DNA of 64,000 nucleotides. It comes from Vicugna vicugna. Taxonomy: Eukaryota. Under the pieces are notes generated by a model, which ran no database searches, was not told the origin of the DNA, and saw nothing but the letters and a program-made list of their open reading frames with translations. The stretch is from contig MU058384.1 in NCBI GenBank assembly GCA_013265495.1, positions 557,622 to 621,621 of the forward strand, given 5' to 3'. A program made the translations under genes and the position numbers. Positions 1-14,470 of this stretch are shown here, in pieces. The first letter of the stretch is position 1. Every line of letters starts with the position of its first letter.

Positions 1-2104
1 CCCAGACAAGATTGTACATTCTCCCATTGCGGATTCTCCCTCTGTGAGTACTAATTGCCAAGATTCTATATTATCTTAAAACATGACTTTATTTTCATGC
101 TAATTTAAACTTCTACTTAATTTAGCAAGAACCCTGGTTCAAAAAAGGAGTCAATTATCACTCATGATGATACAGAGCAGAAACTGTAACGTTTCTTCAC
201 ACCTATTCCTACTTGGGTCTTAGTACTGTCAAATAGGTATTAAAACATTTTCAATGTGAGAATTTTTTTTTTTTTTGCCAAGGATCTAATTTTCCCAAGG
301 GGGAAAAAAGACTTCATTTTGTAATTCATAGGTTTTTGCTCCATTGTGAAAAGAAACCTACAATTGATAGTTGTTTTGTGTGTGTGTAGCTTTTATAGGT
401 ACAGTAGTCAGTTGCATGTGTTCATACAAATGAAATATGGATGCTAAGAAGGCTGCTTCAGTCTCAATAGCCAAGTTCACCAACATACTAAGGAGTCTGT
501 TTTTAGAAATACTACTGAAAAATATGTAAGTATTACCTATGATATTATTCTTTCCTAGAATATGCATTTCAGGTCATTGACAGATATTCCAGAAAACAAC
601 TAGAAATGTGATAGATATAATGCCGCATCTAAGCCTTGAATCTCCTATCATTTGGATCTATGATTAATATGGGCATTTCAGATGATACATCATGATACTC
701 TATTTGGACAACTGACCATGAAGAACTCAATACTTCAGAACATGAGAAAATAATACCTTCAGGCATTTTCCTAATTATAAGACACAACCCACCAATGTAT
801 ATAAAAATACAACTCTCCCATATATAATTGTAAAAATGACCAGTTATTGTTAGTATTACTACTATTAACTGTTTTACCTTAGGGAACGGTCTGAATTTCT
901 GCTGTCAAGCATACTGGTAAATATTAGGACTTTTTGGATGCAACTTAAAAGTGTTTAGTGATTGGAATGAACTTCATTAAATCATTTCTCAAGTAGAGTA
1001 GAACCAAGAAATTTCTAGTATAATGGGCACGCAGCATTCTATTGGGGTTTCTGATTAGCTTTCAAATTTAATTTATGAGAAATCACTATGAATACAGAGG
1101 AATGTCTGACATTCTTCAGGAAAAAAAAAAGTTCAATGGTTAGCAAATATCTGCACTCTTTTTTACTCAAAAATCACTTCCAAAGGAGGTAGAGAAATTG
1201 CAATAGAATCTCCCCTTTTATTCTGTCCACATGGTTGGTAAAATGTAATTGTTAGAAGACAGAGCTGCTCTACTTGACTGTCCAGTAAAAGCCTTTTTGG
1301 ACTTGGAACAGATTGCTTGCTTTAAAAAAAAAAAAACTGGCTCTGGCCAATTTTTTGGAATATAGTCTTGGTCCTGACCCAAATGTCAGTTTTTAAATAA
1401 AATTAGCAGGTATTTTGCAGTGCAGAAATAAAACCAAAACAATCTGCATTATTTTCCAAGATAAATATATTTTTGTTCTCTTATTTTTACAAAATAATTC
1501 TGTTTTTTTCTGGAGGCCTTTTAAGATGAAAGAGAGACCTTACATCTACATTGTTTTAGGCTACAAACATGAAGATAAAAATGAATAATCTCTTTTATTT
1601 CCATGCTGATGTTTGATTCTATTAAATCTTATTTTAAGTGATTTGAGTTGATTCTTTTTTTTTTTTTTGCATTGAACATAATTATATGGAGGCCAGAGAG
1701 ACTTCATTGACTGAACGTGTAAACAGATGGTTTCTTGTGTAAAAGGTCATTGCTGAGGAATGAGATATATTAAACCAGCGAAGCAGAGTCATAGTTGAAA
1801 AACTAGTTGCTTAAATGTGATTCTTAGTTAGAAAACAAAGAAGGAAAGGGAAATAATATCCTTTCAATTTCCAGGAAACCTGTTAGCATTTTAAGTAATA
1901 ATTAAAAACCATCATGTAATGTTAGGATTAGAGATGATACCTTAGTATTGAAATAATTCAAAATGAATCTGAGGAATCAAGGGTCTGATGAAGTTGAGGA
2001 ACATAGTCCAGAGTGTTTGGGTAAGTAGTAGGACATAGTGGATTAAAGTTTTCCAAGTTTATTACTCTATCCACATGACCATAATCTTAAATTAAAAATC
2101 CAAT

Positions 2105-2600
2105 CTTCTCCTGATTGACTTCTAGAATGGCACAGTGAGAACCTGGTGAACTCACTCTTCCTCTAAAACAATGGAAGTATGAAGAACATAACTAAAATCA
2201 ACCATTTCAGAACTCTAGCAATTCACCAAAGCTACAGAATAAACTAAACATTATCTATCCAAGAGAAACTGCTGGACTGAATAAGATGGGGTCTGTGTCA
2301 TTTTAACATGAAGCTATTCCCCTCCCTGTTTCAGTAGTGCAGCAGCTAAAAGCTGACAGCATCGCACACAAAGGAGACAGTAAATCTTTTTCAGAACTCT
2401 GTTAAAAGCATCATCCTTATAGCCTGGTAAATACTTTGTCTGAACTTGCAGGTCTCTGGAAAATCTCTGTTCTCAGAATGCAGTGGTAATTTGATTTGAT
2501 TCAAAGCTCAACTGAGATGGGCAATCTACCACCATGGTATTACCAAAACAATAGCAGATTCTGGCAACATCTCAGCTGTCTAAAGCTGTGATTTCTGTTT
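2105..2600 (+). mobile_element. Old L1M 5'-region fragment
   Basis: 'gacttctagaatggc...aactaaaatcaaccatttcagaactct' resembles the 5' region of ancient mammalian L1M elements (recognised by eye). Confidence 0.5.
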
Positions 2601-2989
2601 TTAAACTTTCACTTTACATCCACACAAACTGGATTATACTGTACAGTTGTAGGTTTTTTTTCATCTTAAACTTTGAGGGCTTAAAATACCATTTGATATG
2701 ATAAGCAGTATCAAGCTGTCTACTTTTATATGTATTGAAGGAGATTATTCAGCCCTCAGGAAGATCATGAAAAACTCCAAAAATGAAGAAATTGAAAATT
2801 AGGAAATTATGTAAGACAGACAATGTGTTTCTCTATAGGAAAGAGCAGCTGCTACTGGATTTTAGTTTCTAGAATGTGTTTGACCTACACATTCAACACT
2901 CAATCTTTGTGAACTCAGGTCCTAGCAATTCACCAGGAACCATGAATAAATGGGTGCAATTACTCTTTCAGTAGCAAATACCATTTTCC

Positions 2990-4235
2990 CACCAAAATTT
3001 ATCTATAGTTCAACATAATCTCTAATTTCAGCAGGCTTTAGAAACACAAATGAACCTGACTAACCAAAACAATCCTGAAATTCAAGAAGAAAGTTGGATG
3101 AAGTTTACTTCTAAATTTCAAAATTTACCATTAAGCTACAGTAACCAAGGTAGCTTGGAGTCCAGATATAATTTCTTACGTTTATGGTCAATTGATTTTC
3201 AACAGAGTTGTTAAGACAGTTCATTGGGGGAAATAATATTTTCAATAAATGATATTAGAACAATTGGGTAACTACTTGCAAAAGGAGGAATTTAGATCCT
3301 TAATTTGCACTAAACAGAAAAATCTACTCAAAATGAATTATAGATCTACATGTAGGAGTTTTTCCTTGAGTTAGGCAAAGATTTCTTAATTAGAACACCA
3401 ACAAACATGATCTATAAGAAGAAAAATTGATAACGTAGACTTCATCAGAATTAAAAATATTTGTACATCAAGGAACATCTGTAATAAAATGAAAAGACAA
3501 GCCACATTGGGAGACAATGTTGGCAAATCCTATTATAAAGGACTTGTATCCATAAAATATAAAGGATTCTTAAAACTCAAAAGACAAACTAATTAAAAAT
3601 AGGAAAATATTTCAATAGATACTTCATCAAAGTTACATAAATGGCTAATAGTGTCAAAGAAAGAAACTCAAATCATAGTACTTAGAGAAATGTGAATTAA
3701 AAACATGGTGAAATTCCACTACACATCCAGTAGAAAGGCTCCAATAAAAAGACTGTGTCAAGTGTTGGAGAGGATAATGGAGAAACTAGAACTCTCAATG
3801 ACTACTGATGGGAATAAAAATGGCGCAAATGTGTGGAAACAAATTTCGGCAGTTTCTGAAGTTAAACTTATCATGCAATCCAATACCACTCTTGGTACCT
3901 ACCCAAAAGAAATAAAAACATATGTTCACATGAAGCTTTCTATACAAATGTTCAAGATGGCATAGCTTAGTAGCCAGAAAGTGTTCATCAACTAATGACA
4001 GGATAAACAATAGAATACTATTCTGCAATGAGCTAATACATGCTAAAACATAGAAAAATCTCAAAAATATGTTAAGTAAAAGATGCCAGACGCAAAAAAC
4101 AACATGCTGTATATTCCACTTACATAAATTCCAGAAAATCAAACGTATAGAGACAGCACACATTAGTGGTTGATTGGGCTCAGATTGGGAACAGTGAGTG
4201 ACTACAAATAAGCATAGGGATCATTTTGGGCACTG
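2990..4235 (+). mobile_element. Old LINE-1 (L1M/L1ME-type), 3' part of ORF2 plus 3' UTR, decayed
   Basis: L1 motifs: 'tatggtcaattgattttcaaca', 'aaaatgaaaagacaagccaca', 'ggcagtttctgaagttaaact...tacccaaaagaaataaaaacatatgttcaca'. ORF 3705-3965 ends LGTYPKEIKTYVH, matching the ORF2 C-terminus. Confidence 0.9.
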
Positions 4236-4624
4236 ACCATCTTCCACAAAGGTGCCCCACACGTATCTAATAACATCCTGATTGCTGAGCCCAAAATTTT
4301 AGAGTCATCTTTACTTCTCTTTTTCTTACGTCCAATTCATGAATTAATAAGTAAAATAAATTATTTTGAATAATCTCACAGTAGATATACTTTATATTCT
4401 AGAATAAAATAACTCCCTTTGGAAGACTGTATATATATATTGCAGTCATTAAGTGTATAGGTCTAGTACCAGAATGTTTCTATGGGTTGAGTTCAAATCT
4501 TGTTCTGTGTGTGTGTCATGGAGGGTGTGGGGTTTAGGGACAGGGAGTAATTTTGCACATACATAAAAAGGCATAGAAAATTAAAATGTGTAACAGTTAT
4601 TAAGCTATTATTTCCCAACTTAAA

Positions 4625-5255
4625 CCTATTCTTCTACATTCCACACTGTGGGGTTGGCTCTGGAAATCTGCAAACCACAATTGTCCTTTGCTAGCTAGCT
4701 TCCTGTTCAGCTTTGCCACTTGAGGGTCTAATGGAGACTGCCCAGCTGGAGGAGAGAGAAGGGATGTATTACTTCTTGTTTGCCTTGTTCTTGTTCCCTA
4801 TCTTGTCAGCATCACCCAAACCTAGCTACCTTATCCCAGTCAAGAGTTATTTGTTCAAGTAGCAACAGGTAAGTCCATTTTGCAGCACCAGCTGGTTGCT
4901 CCCCAACATCATTCCCCTACTAATAAACCCTTAGAAGGTCTGGGTTAGATATCATCAGAGAACTTCTACAAGCCTAGAGACCCTGAGTCAGCTGAACAGT
5001 ACTTCTTATCAGATATGGGTGGTTCAGCTTTAAAGGTCCTCTCTTTGTATTTGTTTCTTTCATTTAGATCCCTTTCATTTGTTTCCCCAGCCGAGTCCTT
5101 CCTTAGATACCTCTGTGATTACTTGTTGTGCTCTTTTTGTGTTTTTTGTTATTTAGCAATGCTTTACACCTACTTAATAATATTTTCATATTAAATTCTT
5201 TCTGTGAAATAACTGATAAGAGTTTCCAGTTCCTGACTGGATTCTGACTGATACA
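4625..5255 (+). mobile_element. ERVL-class solo LTR (LTR33-like)
   Basis: 'tgtggggttggctctggaaatctgcaaaccaca...gctagcttcctgttcagctttgcc' and the terminal 'ttcctgactggattctgactgataca' resemble LTR33-family LTRs. Confidence 0.65.
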
Positions 5256-5379
5256 TCAAACCGACATTACAGATCATTTATGGGATGTATGGGACAGGCA
5301 GTTGGGAGGTGAGGTTAGAACCATAGTTTTTCATACTTAGATGCTGCTGGATTTGAGATATTTATTTGCTATCTCCAAT

Positions 5380-5550
5380 TGCTTTCAAGTGTTTCCATAT
5401 TTTATTTTCTTCATCTGCAAGATAGGTATAGAAATAGTGTTTCCTCATAAGGTTTTTGCAATGATTAAATGTGTTTGAATAGTTTTTTTGTGATAAGAAT
5501 AGAGGCTTACAGATAGTAAGATTTCAATAAATTATACCCATTATTATCTG
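5380..5550 (+). mobile_element. MIR SINE, 3' fragment
   Basis: 'ttcttcatctgcaagataggtata...cctcataaggtttttgcaatgattaaatg' is a degenerate MIR core and tail. Confidence 0.6.
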
Positions 5551-5764
5551 AAAGTGGATTTTTAAAATAAATATATTATAGAAAGTATTTTTTAAAGTAA
5601 AATAGCCCATATATGAATATCATAATTCCAATCATATTTATCTCATCAAAATGTGACCTTTGTTTTCTTTACTCTCATGATAACTCATTCTTTCCTGTTT
5701 TCAGAATAGGAATCATCTGAGTTGTTACTTGGTGAGCCTTTTCTGTCTTAGAAATCAGTATCTA

Positions 5765-6310
5765 ACAAGGATGATAAGAGAAATGTAAATTACAGATCAA
5801 TATCATTCATATCAATACAATCAAATACTCTAAAAACTAAATATTAGTTTATTAAATCCAGTAATATACAAAAATGTAACATGTAAAGACCAATTTGGGT
5901 TTATTTTGGGATTGCAAGTTTGCTTTCACATTATAAAATCAACATGTAATTTATCAAATTAAAATAAATTTTGAAAAATCATAGTCATCTTACTGTCAAA
6001 GAGGAGTGATAAAACTCAACATCAGTTTATAAACTGGGCTTTATAATAAAATCTAATTAGAAAATAAGGAATGGTAAGAAACGTCTTTGATAAAATGTAT
6101 CAGTGAAAAACCTGTAGTAAATATTAACTGTGAAATATTGTAAAGATAGGAGAATGTATCCATGGATTTGAGGGTAGGGAAATACTTCTCTTATAGGATA
6201 CAAAACTCACAAGCCTAACAAAGATAGATTCATTGGGCTACATTACGGCCAAGAACTTCTGTTCAATAAAAATTACTATTAAAAGAGTAAAATGGAAGCC
6301 ACAGACTAGG
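5765..6310 (+). mobile_element. Old L1 ORF2 fragments with internal deletions
   Basis: 'tacagatcaatatcattcat', 'gaccaatttgggtttattttgggattgcaagtttg', 'aagaacttctgttcaataaaaattactattaaaagagtaaaatggaagccacagactaggga'. Confidence 0.7.
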
Positions 6311-9300
6311 GACTTTTAGGGGAAATAGATTTTTTGAAAAATCTTATCTGGTGACTACATGAGTATTTGTGGAATCCACTAAGATATAGATTTAGTTATA
6401 TTGTGTTATATATCCAATTTTTATTGAATTCTTACAAAGGTAATGTAAAAGCCTTATTTGAATTCAAGACACAAGAAAAGCATCTTTAGCAAGGATTTTA
6501 GACGAGAAGGGTACTGGAGAGGGAAGTTACCTAAGAAATTTTCCCTTTTGTGCCAACAAAAGATATAAACCCTGGGCTCATGGGCAGTGACCCTGTTCAA
6601 CAACCTCTCTTAATTGATACTTTAAACATTTATCATAATCAGGGTCTCTGTGCTATGTTTTATCTTTGATTGTTTCCTCTCCTTTTTTTTTTTAAACTTC
6701 TGTTTTCAGCATAAATGGGTTTTTCTGTTACATGGAAAGTTTCTGGAAGCAGAGGGTAGGTTTCTAAAAGCACAGGAAGAAAATTATTTGTATTCCATTC
6801 TATCATTTATAGGTAAACTAGAAAATTATTTGAAAGTAAAATTAGGAAAAAGTAACATAAAAATACAATATTTGAAAAAGAAAAACATAGGCTTAAGTAT
6901 TACATTACACAATAGGTATGATGCTATATAATCATCTTTTAGGTACAGTCAAAATTAATTTAATGGTGGGATTTTCTTTTAGTGAAGCTGATGTATTAAA
7001 TGTGATGATCTTAAATTGGTAACATTAGCCGGTTCATTTCTAGTAAGTTTTGGAATCTTAAATAGACAATTTTAAGTTGCTAGTCAATATAAAATTAAAT
7101 GCTTAAAAATAAAAGTTATTTTTAACAATATGCAATTACTTCTATATTTTAGGGCTGACTGTGAGAGCAAAATTTTTTGGTTGGCAACCCATTTGTCCTA
7201 AGTGACTGTGAATGAGACTATGTACCAAAGTTTCAAAAGATAAGTGGCCTCCTTACTACAAGTCTATTTTCTAACAGAAACAGTGATAGAGAGATAATAC
7301 TCATTAAACCTAATCAAAAATGTGTTATCAAAGCTTACCATTAACCACAGATTTACAGTGAAATAATTTTAAAAGTGCAAAAGTACTTATTAAAAGTTTT
7401 TTCTTTTAAAATCCAAGCTGCTTGTTAGATATACAAGGATGATATCTTTTATGAATCATGGCATAAAGACTGCCATGGGCCACATTAAATGCCTCAGAAG
7501 CCATATTAAAGTTTTATTTTATATAAACACCAATCTCTGTTCATGTATGATCGATCAGCAGAGATTTTTTGCTCAATTGTATTATTATTTGTTCACAACG
7601 TTAAACCTGCTGGAGGGTGCTCTCATATCAGCTAGTATCATCAAACTGACTTGACAACTTAATTTATTTCAATGTAAGTAAGTATAAATGATTTACCAAT
7701 CTGTGAGCTTTGTTTTTAGACTAACTAAATCAAAATCCCTAGAAGCATGGTCTGGACTTTTCTTTTAGAACAAAATCAAATTAGAGACAGAAAAAAGAAA
7801 AGTATTTTTACCTTTTTAAAGTGATGTGACTATCAGTCACGTTTGGGAAGCACTCAGCAAAACTACCATGAGCTATAGTCACAGGTGTTTCTAACGGCAG
7901 AGAGAAGATCTATTTAGGATGGTTTCTATTTTGACAACCTTCAAATAGAGCTGCTGAGGCTCTTAATCCCCCAGTTAATAAGGCTTTATTTAATCCTGTC
8001 TTCCTTTAAAATGTGTAGAATAATATATAAATATAGAAATGAGAGTTTAATAATACTAAATTCTCAGGTAACTTTTATTGCTGTTAGGGAAAAATAAAAC
8101 TATCAAAAAGCAACTATTTTAACATTAGCTTCAAAAATATAATATGAAAAATAGTGGCCTTTTCCACTGTTGATTGATTAATTTTATAAAATATCATTAA
8201 GTATAAATTTTCCTCAAATAATTTGTCACATATATAACACCATGTATACATAATCACAGTATTTTGAGAATGAGAAGCCTAAATTTTTGAGTAATGTGGA
8301 CCTGAGTACTCCAATCTAAATTTATTTTCTAGTCTAAAAAATGGAAAGTATGCTATCTACTGCAGGTTATTGTGAGAAAGAATGTGCAAAACTGCCTCAA
8401 ACAATATCTGCTAGAAAGCAGGTTTTCAATAAATGTATATTTTCAATTTCTTTCCTTCATGGTCCCACATTAAAGATAATGAAAAGCATATGTGCTTCTA
8501 AGTTAAACCTAAAATATTTACTATAATATCAGCTCAGAATATGTCAAAGGAGTTGACAATTTTATTAATAAGTATTGTCTGAAAGTGCATTTGTGAATAT
8601 GAAAACATTAATACAAATAAGATTAAAAAATTGTCTCCTAATTGCCAACAAGTTTTCTCAACTTACTATTACAATCCTCATTTTACTAAAAAGAAATGTG
8701 TTTTCTCCAGAATAATTAAAATGTCTATTTGTGTACAGTAATATATTTTATAGATGTGGTGTTATTAGAGATCTTAAAAATCTAAATTGCTGTTTTATTT
8801 ATAGAGGATGGTGTCACAAAACTAGTTTGGCATCTGGGTTTCCCACAATCATTCATAGAAAATAATATTCACTTATTTATGATTTTTTAATTTCAACAGA
8901 TTGAAATGTTGTTGAAAGTATTTGCAAATTTACCAAAACACCTTATAAAGTACTCTACTCAAAAAAGTACTGATGGGCAGAAATAAAATGTCAAGTCATA
9001 TGTGAACTGTATTTTCTCTTTCATTCAAGCCTTACTGCATTAATTAAATTTGGTTTGGGGGTCTATTTAAACTTAGACATGCTAAGATAGAAGCTCAAAA
9101 ATAACAGGAACATTTAAATTGTTTGCTACTGTACTCAATGCACATAGAAGAATTCTTGGCACATAACAGGTTCTCAGAAATATTTGCAAATCCATATTGA
9201 ATAAATAATTTTGGCATAAAATATTCCAGATATTGTATAACCATCACATTCTGTGGAATTATATTTGTCTTATTTTATTTATTCTAGCTGTTCTGAATTT

Positions 9301-9850
9301 TAGAAATATTATCCTTTTTCTCAATGATGGTTTTGAAACTTCAGAGTTGACATAGCCCAATTTTTGTTCCAGCTTATCTCTTCCATCAAATCTATGCAAA
9401 ACCAGAAAGAATTCAGGAGATGAAACATTTTGTATGTGTGAGTGTCAAGTAGTAAATACTAATAGTAAGTTAAAAGTTTTGGGAAAACCCTTAAAATTTA
9501 TACTATAGCAAAAATTTTTAAAAATATTTTAACTTATAAGAAGTATCGAAATTTGCATTTGTCAGTGTTAATATAGTTGCGGGTGAGAAATACAAATTGA
9601 CCAACTTTGAGGAAAAGAATGAGAGGGATGCAATACAGATACTAGTCTTATGTATGATATTTAAAAAAATCTTCCAAAATATTGAAGTTTTGGACTTCTA
9701 TCTTTGGACTTGCTTTCCTTGCCTCTTTCTGCCTATCTGCAATATTTGTGATTCATTATGTTAGTAACTATCCTTTTTCTTTTTCTGATCCACATTGTAA
9801 GAATTCTGAATAGCTCCAGAGCTTTACAATCACAACTTCACTTAATTAAA

Positions 9851-10095
9851 GGGAGTAGCTCAGTGTTTGGAGTCCCAGGTCTGATAATCCCAGGGAGGGG
9901 CTTTCTTTGCACCAGGTTGAATTGCATGCTTGTCTCTCATTGTCAAAGCTGACAATGGTCTAGGATCTGCAGAAGCAACTGGACAACTTATGGTGATGGA
10001 CCTCCCATCATTCACCAATGTGGTCACTGGATTGGTGGCAGTGAGGGTGCCAATGAACAATTGCGTTTATGGTTATGACGTGGACAGAAGTGGGC
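9851..10095 (+). mobile_element. Possible ancient tRNA-headed SINE (MamSINE1-like; tentative)
   Basis: GC-richer island in AT-rich DNA. It begins with an A-box-like TAGCTCAGTG (9856-9865) followed by a B-box-like GGTCTGATAATCC (9878-9890). Confidence 0.4.
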
Positions 10096-13000
10096 CAAGT
10101 CACACATAAAGGGATATGCTAGAAGAAAACTGTGGAGCTCTACATGTTTTGCATACATGTATTACTTTCTCCACCTGAGAGAACATTGAATGTTCTGAGT
10201 CAATACATACCTGTAAAAATTGGGAGTTTAAAAAACAGAGTGAAGATTTTGTAAAGGAGACAGAAATATTTTTCCCCATTATTTTTCTTCCTGTCAAGGC
10301 ATATTACTCTTCTACCTGTAAATAGCCTTTATTTTCCCATTAACGGTGGAACATGATGGTTTTCTCTTTTCATAACTGGAGCTCCACACTTACCTGACAA
10401 GAATATTTTTACTGAAAGATTGGTATATTCAGTGATGGAGTCAGCAAAAGAAGAATACTGATCTTTTTCCCAAGCCAAAGGTACATGTTACTTGTTTGAC
10501 ATTTTTTCTGTGTGTCTACATTAAAGAAAAAAAGTCCCTTCACTGATTATCACAAATGGCATCTTTGAAAGTATGTTAACTATGCTTGTTAGTAATGCCC
10601 ATGAAAACATTTATGAGTACTAATCAAGGCTGAGATACTTTAATTCTTGGGGAAAAAAATCAATTTATTTGTGTGGCAGAAAATATATGCCAAGTGTTTG
10701 TAGCTTTTGTTGAACCAGTCTCATCAGTGAGAATCAGTTTAGCAATATTTCAGAGATGGCACATATCCAGTTTGTTTTTTTTTAATCACTTTGACATACC
10801 TTTATGGACAGAATCATGGGAGGGAAACTGTATTCCGTATGCTTCTAAAGCTCTCCTGTAACTTTCAGAAGGAAACTTGGAATATTGTATATATACAAAG
10901 TGGTACAATGAACACACAGATGGCAGATATATCATGTGCAGGGCAGGAGGTGAGGATGGGAAAACTCTAGGGATAAGCTCCTATAAGTCCTCTGACTCTG
11001 GAAATGATGGAAGTTGTTAGCTTTTAGAGGGCCAGGTGTGGGGCTGGAAGATTAATAAGGGAAACTCCTGTTTCTCAGGGAGGTTTAGATCTGCTTTTTC
11101 CAAATTATACTCATGGTTCTCATAGACTTCTCACTGTGGAAGAGGGGATCCCATATGACACCCTGTAGCTGACCCCTAGCCCACTGCATTCCTAAGAGTT
11201 CACTCAGCTGCATGACTAGAAATTTTTCACCTGTGCATTTTGCGCGCTTTCTACCTCCAGGCCCTTATATAGACCCTTTAGAAATAGTGCGTATTTATAA
11301 TAGTGAAAAATATTTAAATCCTGTCCATGTTGAGAACTAAAGGTTTCATCTTACGTCCCCCCTGGTATCTCCTATATCCCTGCTGTAAATTTAAAATGTG
11401 ATAATTTTTTTATGAATACTGTGGAATTTGGTTCTTTTAAGTAAAGGTAGGGTGAGGGAAAATAAGCTTAGATATCCACAGAGAATATATTTTCTTGTTA
11501 AAGAGCATTGAATTTTCATGTCTGTAACTGTCATTAAAGAGAAGTTTCTTTGGTTTCACTATAAAAGTCAGATGAGTTCCAAGTTTAAATGGAAGCAAAT
11601 TCTTTGAAAAAGACAATGAATTACTGAAATGAACAATGGTTATGCAGAATCACATTAGGAGATACCAAATGAATATAATGCTACCTAGTGTAGGTTGAAT
11701 GCTGTTAAATATTTTAATCGATTGGGAATTAGAGAGAAACATATGCTGATTGCCTTAGAAGATGAGGAGATGTAGAGGAAATTGTAAATTCTTTGCTAAA
11801 TAGGATTGTGATACCATGCTTTCTTGAAGTCAGAGCTCTTTTCATGCATAAAATGAGATTTTTCTAAAGGAGAGAAAGACCAAAATGACAAGCAAATCTA
11901 TAGATTCAGAGTAACTATCTCCTCTTTTCTCCCATGCACATGTCTATGCTCTCTCTCTGGCTTTAACACACCTGAAATAAAGTGTCGAATTTCATTTCAT
12001 AAGTACTATTTAAAGTAAAAATACCTAAAGTTATTAAAAATTTAGGAAAATATTTATAGGAAATGTAAAAAGTATATCTTACGAAAGTAAAGCCTATGTC
12101 ACATGATTTTAGAACTGGATTTTCTTCAGAAAAATAAAGCTCAAGCCTCCTTTTTATTAGGAAATTAAGGTTGAAAGTTTTTGAAAGACTTAGCAAAATT
12201 ACAATGAAAAAGAGAAAGAGCGAAGTGTGAAGCTAGGCCTGTTGCACCAATTTTATCTAGTCTGCTTCATTTTTGCTCAAAATAGAGACTGAGGAGAGTC
12301 GACATAGGAAACTCTTCTGAGAATATGAATACAGTCCCTTTGTGTCATAAAGTATGTGGAATATGTATTTTCCTAGAGAATCAGTCTGTTTAAATTGTTT
12401 TAAAAGATGGAAAACAAGTTCACACATTTTATTATGACAGACTTGACACATATTTAGAAATAAAAATGTACTAAAATTGAGTAAAATAGCACTGTGTATT
12501 TTTTTTTAATAGAATCCTAGTTGATAACATAGTTGGCTTGATGATGGGGAAGTACCATAACATAGCCACTAATGGTATTCTGATAAGTTTAAACTTGTTT
12601 AAGAGGACATCATTTAGACACAGAAAGGACTAACTTGATTCATTTCACTGAATTCTTCCATATTGTATGTCTGTCAAAGAGACATAAGATTTAACTCTTG
12701 AGGGAGGTAAAAAGACTGGAGGATAGAAGGGACTGATTATCATATCCTCACCTAGCATAAGTATGCAGTAGGTTCTGCTACCTAAATCTTACCAGCTTCT
12801 CAAAGAAAAATGTTGATTTAGAAAAAATATGTTTAACTCCTACCAAAGTGTTTAATATATGATTATGCACACATTTATAGTATTTAGCATAGCGACTATC
12901 ATAGGAAACAAGAGGAAACAAATGGAGGTTCACAAATGATACTACGTTTTATTAAAGAAATGGGTATGTAAATGCTTATACAGATAGATGAATCTTTGCA

Positions 13001-13894
13001 AGTGTGAATGAGTATCAGTCCTCTGTATATATAGCTGTGTCTTCTTTGAGCCTTCCTTTATTACGTGCTATATATAAAAATTGTATAGTCATAGATGAAA
13101 ACTTTTATATTTCCTCTTCTTACGAATAAAGATACAGTAGAAGGCGCTGCAAAGATCTATCATCATGGGTTATTCACTACTGATTTTCCTTCCCTTTTCT
13201 CAACAGAACCAGAATTGCTTTACTTAACATTTGTATAAATATCTGCAATAAAAGAAATTTAAACTCCTGAATGAACTAAATTTTCAGAAGTGTTGGATTT
13301 TTATAACTTAGTGGATTACAAAATAGGATTAAAAAGATCACCTGAAATAATGAATACACCAGGGGGATTTTAAAATTTCTATTATTATTGCCATTTACAC
13401 AGTCCTCTTTTTAAGAGGAAGGTCATGCCTTAATTCTTCTGATAGGATATTTCATGTGAAAAATGTGTATGCAAAAATTAGTATGCACACTAAGAAGGTG
13501 TGCAAAAATAAAACAAAGGGATTATTTTCTGTTAAGCAAATAGCAGCACATATGTTTTTCAATGAGTGAAATTCCTGTTTACAGATAATTAGCAAACTAG
13601 ATATTAATTAGTTTATCCACTATGTTTCTTCAGGAGCAATGCTGCCTAGCTAGAGAGCTCTACTGGGAAGCCATCCATACTCATCAGTGAAATCATTAAA
13701 AAACTGTCAAAAAATAATATGCTGAAACAACACAGTAAAATTCAAAGAGGGAAAATGAGAATTCTCTCTTATTTGGGACAATAAAAATTTAGAACCCAGA
13801 TCATTTCATTAGAGAAAGGATTTTATATTTTTCAGATGATAATTGTCACAAGATGTGTGTGGGAGAAGGCAGTAAGAATGGTAGCAAAATCGTA

Positions 13895-14470
13895 TACTAA
13901 ATAACCAAGATGTCCCTCAGTAGGTGAATGGATCAACTATGGTACATCTAAATAACAGAAGACTATCCAACACTAAGAAAAATGTGCTATCAAACCACAA
14001 AAAGACATGGAGGAATCCTAAATACATATTACTAAGTGAAAGAAGCCAATTGAAAGGCTGTGTTATTTCAATTATGTGACATTCAGAAAAGCAAAACTAT
14101 GGAGACACTAAGGGGGTCACTTGCTGTGAGGAATTATGGAGGAAGGAGGGATAAATAGGCAGAACACAGATGATTTGGGGGACTGTGGCACTGTTCTATG
14201 TAAGACTACAATGGTGGATACATGTCATTGTAAGTTTATCAATACTTGTATAATATACAGCACCAAGAATGAACCCTAACGTAAGCCATGGACTTTGGTT
14301 GCTTATGATGTGTCGATGTAGATTCACTGATTATAGCAAATGTACCACTCTGGTACAGGATGTTGGTACTGTGTGAGGCTGTGGATATGGGGGGCAATGG
14401 TTATATGGGAACTCTTTGTAATTTCTGCTCCTTTTTGCTGTGAACCTAAAATTGCTTCAAAAATTACCTA
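13895..14470 (+). mobile_element. L1MB/L1MC-type 3' end
   Basis: 'accaagatgtccctcagtaggtgaatggat', 'gaatgaaccctaacgtaagccatggactttgg', and the terminal 'tatatgggaactctttgtaatttctgctcctttttgctgtgaacctaaaattgct'. Confidence 0.9.

Noticed and set aside
9935..10110. Frame reading ...KADNGLGSAEATGQLMV..., resembling the end of an Ig domain (C-x-ADNGLG)
   Set aside because: The required Cys is in another frame, the upstream frame has a stop, and there are no splice signals or other Ig strands. Chance, or a SINE-like origin, explains it better.
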